Made by a program: the position numbers and the translations under genes
Part shown: one piece after another, positions 59,705 through 64,000 of the stretch
How the letters are laid out: each line of letters opens with the position of its first letter
Position numbering within the stretch: position 1 is the first letter of the stretch
Notes under the pieces: generated by a model
Told to the model about the DNA's origin: nothing
Seen by the model: only the letters and a program-made list of their open reading frames with translations
Databases searched by the model: none
DNA from: an uncultured delta proteobacterium
GTDB taxonomy: Bacteria > Myxococcota_A > Polyangia > Polyangiales > B10-G4
Direction of reading: 5' to 3'
Assembly: GCA_963727445.1 (NCBI GenBank)
Contig: CAVSGI010000009.1
Span: 352,001 to 416,000 of the forward strand
DNA length: 64,000 bases

Positions 59705-61672
59705 TCAGGGGCAGGAGGGACACACCAGCTGTAGGCCGGGGATGCTGTCGAAGCTCGGCGGTGGCGTGCAGCCGTCCGTACAGCTGGGTCGCATGGATGC
59801 GTCGACGATCGTCCCCAGGGACGCCGGGCAGGGCTCGGGTGCCACACCGTTGATGAAGCACGCGCGCACGGGTGGCGAGACGCCCACGTTGCCGAGGTTG
59901 TCCTCGGCCCGAGCCGCGACGCAGGCCCAGCCTTCGCTGATGTTCGTCTGGAAATCCCATGCGTCGCCCACGCAGGTCATCGCGGCGATTGGAGGCTTGC
60001 CGAAGATCGTTCGGTCGGTGGGGTGGACGACGGCCGGGATGATGCGTGTGACCGGCGAAGTAGCGACGCAGAGAGGAGAGGGCACCGCGGAGGAGCCCGC
60101 GACGCAGCTGTCGAAGGGCGCGGGCGCTCCCGTGAAGTCGAGGGACGGATCGAAGTAGGCAGCGCCACGAGCCCCGACGCCTTCGAGCTCCAGGACGACG
60201 GCCGTGTCCGTTCCGCCAGCGCCCGGCAACACGGCAGGATTGATGTCGTCACAGATGCCGTCGCTGTCGAGGTCCACCAGGAGCGGTACGCTCGTGTTGT
60301 CGAGGATGTAGACATCCACCGTCGTGGCGTCGAGGCCCGCCAGGAAGGCGGCGGTGCCCGTGCCACCGAAGCTGCTGTTCGGCAGGTCCTCCGTCCGCAC
60401 GCGGAACTCGGCTGCCGTCCCGACGACCTCTCCGTCGTCGACGGAATCGTCGCCCACGGGATCGAAGAGCGCAGAGCACTGCATCACCCCACTGGAGATT
60501 CGCGCCTCGCGGATCAGCGGAGGATCGAGGGAGATGTAGGGTGGCGTGCTGTCCAGCTTCGCGTTCAGTGACGCGACGCTCATGTTGCCGGCGACGTCCG
60601 ACGCCGAGACGTTGATGGTGAGCTCCGCGATGGTGCGCGCGAATCCGCTGGCGTCGAAGGTTCGAGAATAGGTGTCTCCGCTCGCCGTCATGGGGAACAT
60701 CATGCCCCCCACACGCAACATCACGGTGGCGGGATCCACGCCTCCAGCGTCGGTGATCTGCGCTTCCACCAAGGTGAGCCCTCCGACGAGCCCCGCCTCC
60801 ATCGGGTTGGTGATCATGATCGTCGGGCCGACCGCGTCCACCGTGAACGCCTGAGTCACCAGACGTTCTCCTGCCTCCGGCGTCCGGTCGTTCCAAGCGC
60901 GAATGCTGAAGCTGCGCGGCCCATCGAGTGGATCGGGGAAGATCGTGCGATCCTCGAGATCGAGGTCGGCCAGGTACTCGCCGGGTGACTCCTCGGTCAT
61001 GGTCGTGATGGTGCGGCCAGCGACGACCAGCTCGTGGCCCGCGATGTCCGCCTCGGTATCCGTGGCGTCGAGGGGCGCGGCGCTCAGCTGGTAGCGGATC
61101 TGGAGGCGTGAAGCGACGACTACGTCCTCGGGTGGCGACACGACGGTGATCGTCGGACCATGGTCGACGAAGGTGGAGACCTCGGCGCTCTTGCAGCGCG
61201 CGGCGGCGCCGTTGTCCCGGGCGGTGCACCGAATGGTGACGGGTCCGTTTTCGACGTCGGTCAGGTCCACCATCGCCTCGTAGCTGTCCGTCGCTCCGAG
61301 CTCGACCATGGGGGTGGCGACGACCGCGCCGTCGGACCCCAGCACCTCGATCGCGACGGATGTGGAGTCCACCGGCAGCGAACCGCGCATCGTGGACTGG
61401 GTCGCCGTGCAGACGACCATCACCGTCGAGGCGGTCAGGACCTCGTCGGTGTTGGGATCGGTTGCGGGCGCGGGTGCGGTGATCTCCACGGTCGGGCCGA
61501 GCGGATCCTCGTTGCAGGCCATGGCCATGGCGTCCCCGAGGGAGGAGTCCATCGCGCCGTCGGCGCCCCCGTCGGAGTGCGGCGGAGGCGGGGCTGGAGG
61601 CGGCATATCATCGCCACATGCCGTGCCGAGCACCATCGTGGCGATGAGCGCGTGACTGAGCAGTCTTCCCAT
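59705..61672 (-). CDS. Lipoprotein with tandem Ig-like domains
   Basis: Lipobox GTAC; repeated (V)DxxxPT(I/V)xIxxP; ASDVAGN; Cys-rich C-terminus. Confidence 0.78.
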   Translation of the reverse strand: MGRLLSHALIATMVLGTACGDDMPPPAPPPPHSDGGADGAMDSSLGDAMAMACNEDPLGPTVEITAPAPATDPNTDEVLTASTVMVVCTATQSTMRGSLPVDSTSVAIEVLGSDGAVVATPMVELGATDSYEAMVDLTDVENGPVTIRCTARDNGAAARCKSAEVSTFVDHGPTITVVSPPEDVVVASRLQIRYQLSAAPLDATDTEADIAGHELVVAGRTITTMTEESPGEYLADLDLEDRTIFPDPLDGPRSFSIRAWNDRTPEAGERLVTQAFTVDAVGPTIMITNPMEAGLVGGLTLVEAQITDAGGVDPATVMLRVGGMMFPMTASGDTYSRTFDASGFARTIAELTINVSASDVAGNMSVASLNAKLDSTPPYISLDPPLIREARISSGVMQCSALFDPVGDDSVDDGEVVGTAAEFRVRTEDLPNSSFGGTGTAAFLAGLDATTVDVYILDNTSVPLLVDLDSDGICDDINPAVLPGAGGTDTAVVLELEGVGARGAAYFDPSLDFTGAPAPFDSCVAGSSAVPSPLCVATSPVTRIIPAVVHPTDRTIFGKPPIAAMTCVGDAWDFQTNISEGWACVAARAEDNLGNVGVSPPVRACFINGVAPEPCPASLGTIVDASMRPSCTDGCTPPPSFDSIPGLQLVCPSCP

Positions 61673-61791
61673 GTCCCCCTCGCTGGCCTAACCCAACGAA
61701 AAGAGTATCGAAGCGTCGCTCGATAGCAAGCGCTTGGCCGCTCACTCGCCGGGCCGCGTGCGGGCTTGTCACCCCGCCGGGGTGGTCGCCC

Positions 61792-62601
61792 TCACACGTC
61801 GGGGAGCACTTCGCGGGTGGCGCGCTTGGTGCCGCTTCGCACGACCGAAGGCGCGAGACCTCGCATCGCGACGGCGACTTCGAGCTTCTTCGGAACGATG
61901 ATGCGGTCCTTGCCCTTTTGAAGCGCCTTGATGGTCGCGGTGACGACCTCGTTCGCTTCGATCATCATCTTGCGTCCAGCGGCCGGCATGCGCGCGAGCT
62001 CGTCCGCCGGGACGAAGGGTGTGTTCACCGCGCCGGGGCAGACGGTCAGGACGTGGACGCCGCGCGGCTCGAGCTCGATGGAGATGGACTCCGCGAGCCC
62101 GACCATGCCGAACTTGCTGGCGGCGTAGACCGCTTCGCCGGGCACCGGGACCAGGCCGGCCACCGACGCCATGAAGACGAGCCAGCCGCGGCCGCGCTCG
62201 ACCATCGCGCGGGCGAGCGGCTGCGCGCAATAGAGCGCGCCGAGGAGGTTCACCTCGAGGAGCTTCTGCGCGTGGTCGAGCTCGTGTTCGATCAGCGTCT
62301 TGTGGGCGCCGATGCCCGCGTTGATGACGCCGATGTCCACGCCGCCGAGGAGGCGCTCCGCCTCGGTGATCGCGGCCACCGCGCTCTCCCGGTCGCTCAC
62401 GTCCGCCGGGATGGCGTGCGCTTCACCGCCCGCGTCGGAGATCTCCGAGGCGAGCGCCGCGAGCTCTTCGGCGCGCCGCGCCACGAGAGCGACCCGCGCG
62501 CCGCGCCGCGCCGCCTCGAGCGCGAAGGCCCGCCCGATGCCGGACGAAGCCCCGGTGATCAGAACGGCCTTCCCCTGAAACGAGTCGAGGCGTGCTCCCA
62601 T
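61792..62601 (-). CDS. Classical SDR oxidoreductase
   Basis: TGASSGIG, NAG, YAASK, PGAVNT. Confidence 0.93.
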   Translation of the reverse strand: MGARLDSFQGKAVLITGASSGIGRAFALEAARRGARVALVARRAEELAALASEISDAGGEAHAIPADVSDRESAVAAITEAERLLGGVDIGVINAGIGAHKTLIEHELDHAQKLLEVNLLGALYCAQPLARAMVERGRGWLVFMASVAGLVPVPGEAVYAASKFGMVGLAESISIELEPRGVHVLTVCPGAVNTPFVPADELARMPAAGRKMMIEANEVVTATIKALQKGKDRIIVPKKLEVAVAMRGLAPSVVRSGTKRATREVLPDV

Positions 62602-62635
62602 GAGGCGCGGAGGCTAGCAGCGACGAGGCGCTTCG

Positions 62636-63499
62636 TCATTCGCCTGGGCGAAGCGCGTCCCCGAGGAAGCCTTGGACCTCGGCCCACGCCGCGGCGGCGT
62701 TGTCGTGGTCGTAGCGCGCGCCCGAAGGGTTGGCGAAGGCGTGGTCCGCGTCGTAGCGGAGGATGCGGTGCTCGACGCCGGCGGCGGTCAACGCCTCGTC
62801 GAAGCCATCGACCTGTGCGGGAGGGATCGCTCGATCGCGATTGGCGAAGATCCCCAGCAGCGGGGCGTGGATCGACGCCAGCACCTCGGGGTCGGTGACG
62901 ACGTGTCCGTAGTACATCACCACCGCCGCGATCCCAGGAACGTGGATGGCCGTTTGAAGCGCCCATCCGCCCCCGAAGCACCAGCCCATCACCCCGATCC
63001 GCTCGCGATCGACGCGGGGATCTTCGGCGAGGAAGTGGTGGGCGTTTTCGAGGATCGCGAGCGACGCGAGCTCGTCCACGCCGCGCATGAGGGCCATCGC
63101 TCGCTCCGGCTCGGTCGCCACCTCGCCGCCATAGAGATCGACCGCGAGGGCGACGTACCCGAGCTTTGCGAGGCGATCGGCCCAATGCTCGATGTGCGCG
63201 TTCAGCCCCCACCACTCGTGGATGACGATCACCGCCGGGTGCGGCCCCTCACCCTCCGGCAGGCTCAGATAGGCCCGCGACCCGGAGAGATCGATCTCTT
63301 CTCCGAGCAGTGGAGGAGCCTCTGCGTCGGTGTGCGTGTGAAGCGCCGCGAACTCGTCTTCCGCGAGCCACCCCCAGACGCGAGGCTGGTCATCCGGCGC
63401 ATCTGCGTTCGAGTCGCCGCCGACCGGCGTGGGTGTCGCCCCGCCACAGCCGAGGGCGAGGACGACGGCGAGGACGGGGAGGAGGATGCGGGCGTGCAT
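62636..63499 (-). CDS. Dienelactone hydrolase-family lipoprotein
   Basis: Lipobox ALGC; HEWWGLN, GWCFGG, ADHAFAN. Confidence 0.92.
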   Translation of the reverse strand: MHARILLPVLAVVLALGCGGATPTPVGGDSNADAPDDQPRVWGWLAEDEFAALHTHTDAEAPPLLGEEIDLSGSRAYLSLPEGEGPHPAVIVIHEWWGLNAHIEHWADRLAKLGYVALAVDLYGGEVATEPERAMALMRGVDELASLAILENAHHFLAEDPRVDRERIGVMGWCFGGGWALQTAIHVPGIAAVVMYYGHVVTDPEVLASIHAPLLGIFANRDRAIPPAQVDGFDEALTAAGVEHRILRYDADHAFANPSGARYDHDNAAAAWAEVQGFLGDALRPGE

Positions 63500-63544
63500 G
63501 GCGCGGGAGGATAGCGAACCCCGTGAACTGGCAGTTGGGCTTGG

Positions 63545-63850
63545 TTGATGTGGATGTTCGGATTGGTCTTGGTGCCGCTGGCGCGGCGGAGGCCCACTTC
63601 CCTCGTGGGCGACTTCAAGGACGAGCTGGCGAAGCTGAGCGGGACGACGAAGGAAGAGCAGGAAGCGCGCGCGAAGAGCGAGCAGGAGAAGGAGCGCGCT
63701 GCGGCTGCGGAGGAGCGCGCGCACGAGCACCTGGCGCGGGCGCCGCGCTATGCGGGGGCGGAGCCGATGACGCTCGTCGAGGACGTGGACCCCTACGACG
63801 AGGGCGGGGTCGCCGAGATCGTCGAAGCGCGTGGGACGCTGCTCGGCTGA
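63545..63850 (+). CDS. Small hypothetical protein (hydrophobic N-terminus + coiled coil)
   Basis: Charged helical ORF; true start may be GTG at 63523 across a frameshift. Confidence 0.5.
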   Translation: MMWMFGLVLVPLARRRPTSLVGDFKDELAKLSGTTKEEQEARAKSEQEKERAAAAEERAHEHLARAPRYAGAEPMTLVEDVDPYDEGGVAEIVEARGTLLG

Positions 63851-64000
63851 TGACACCGTCGCCCAATCGCTCATCACGTTCCGTAGATCGCTGACAGGCC
63901 GCGTCGAGCAATGGGTGGTCTTGCGTCGCCTCGCAGCGAGCGGAGGGCGAAGCGGCGAGCGCCGGTAGGGGGCGCGTGCTAGCCTCGGTGGTGCTCGCCA

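Overview
Very GC-rich bacterial chromosomal DNA with the gene repertoire of a myxobacterium (Myxococcota, probably Polyangiales/Sandaracinaceae-like; inferred from four Hanks-type Ser/Thr kinases, an FHA-sigma54 activator, TPR/PEGA proteins, Cys-rich lipoproteins and a MYXO-CTERM protein). About 60 CDS; no rRNA, tRNA, CRISPR array, transposase or integrase recognised. Main points: (1) an 11-gene, tightly coupled lipid operon (39083->27756, minus strand) that looks like a split version of the multidomain ether-lipid enzyme ElbD plus a pyruvyltransferase-family protein, crotonase, lipid kinase, degenerate HAD, TetR and DUF2804, preceded by a ~500-bp structured non-coding region; (2) a NOX5-like NADPH oxidase; (3) three TPR(-PEGA)/lipoprotein cassettes, two beside a membrane kinase, with a shared lipoprotein N-terminal domain and swapped C-termini; (4) a candidate pair of mutually complementary small RNAs at 48565-48810; (5) a sigma54 promoter and perfect 20-bp inverted repeat beside a kinase-FHA/bEBP-kinase operon; (6) several single-base frameshifts, mostly an extra A at GATC/GAGAC, probably long-read consensus errors. 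All calls are from motif reading only, without database searches; start codons are estimates.
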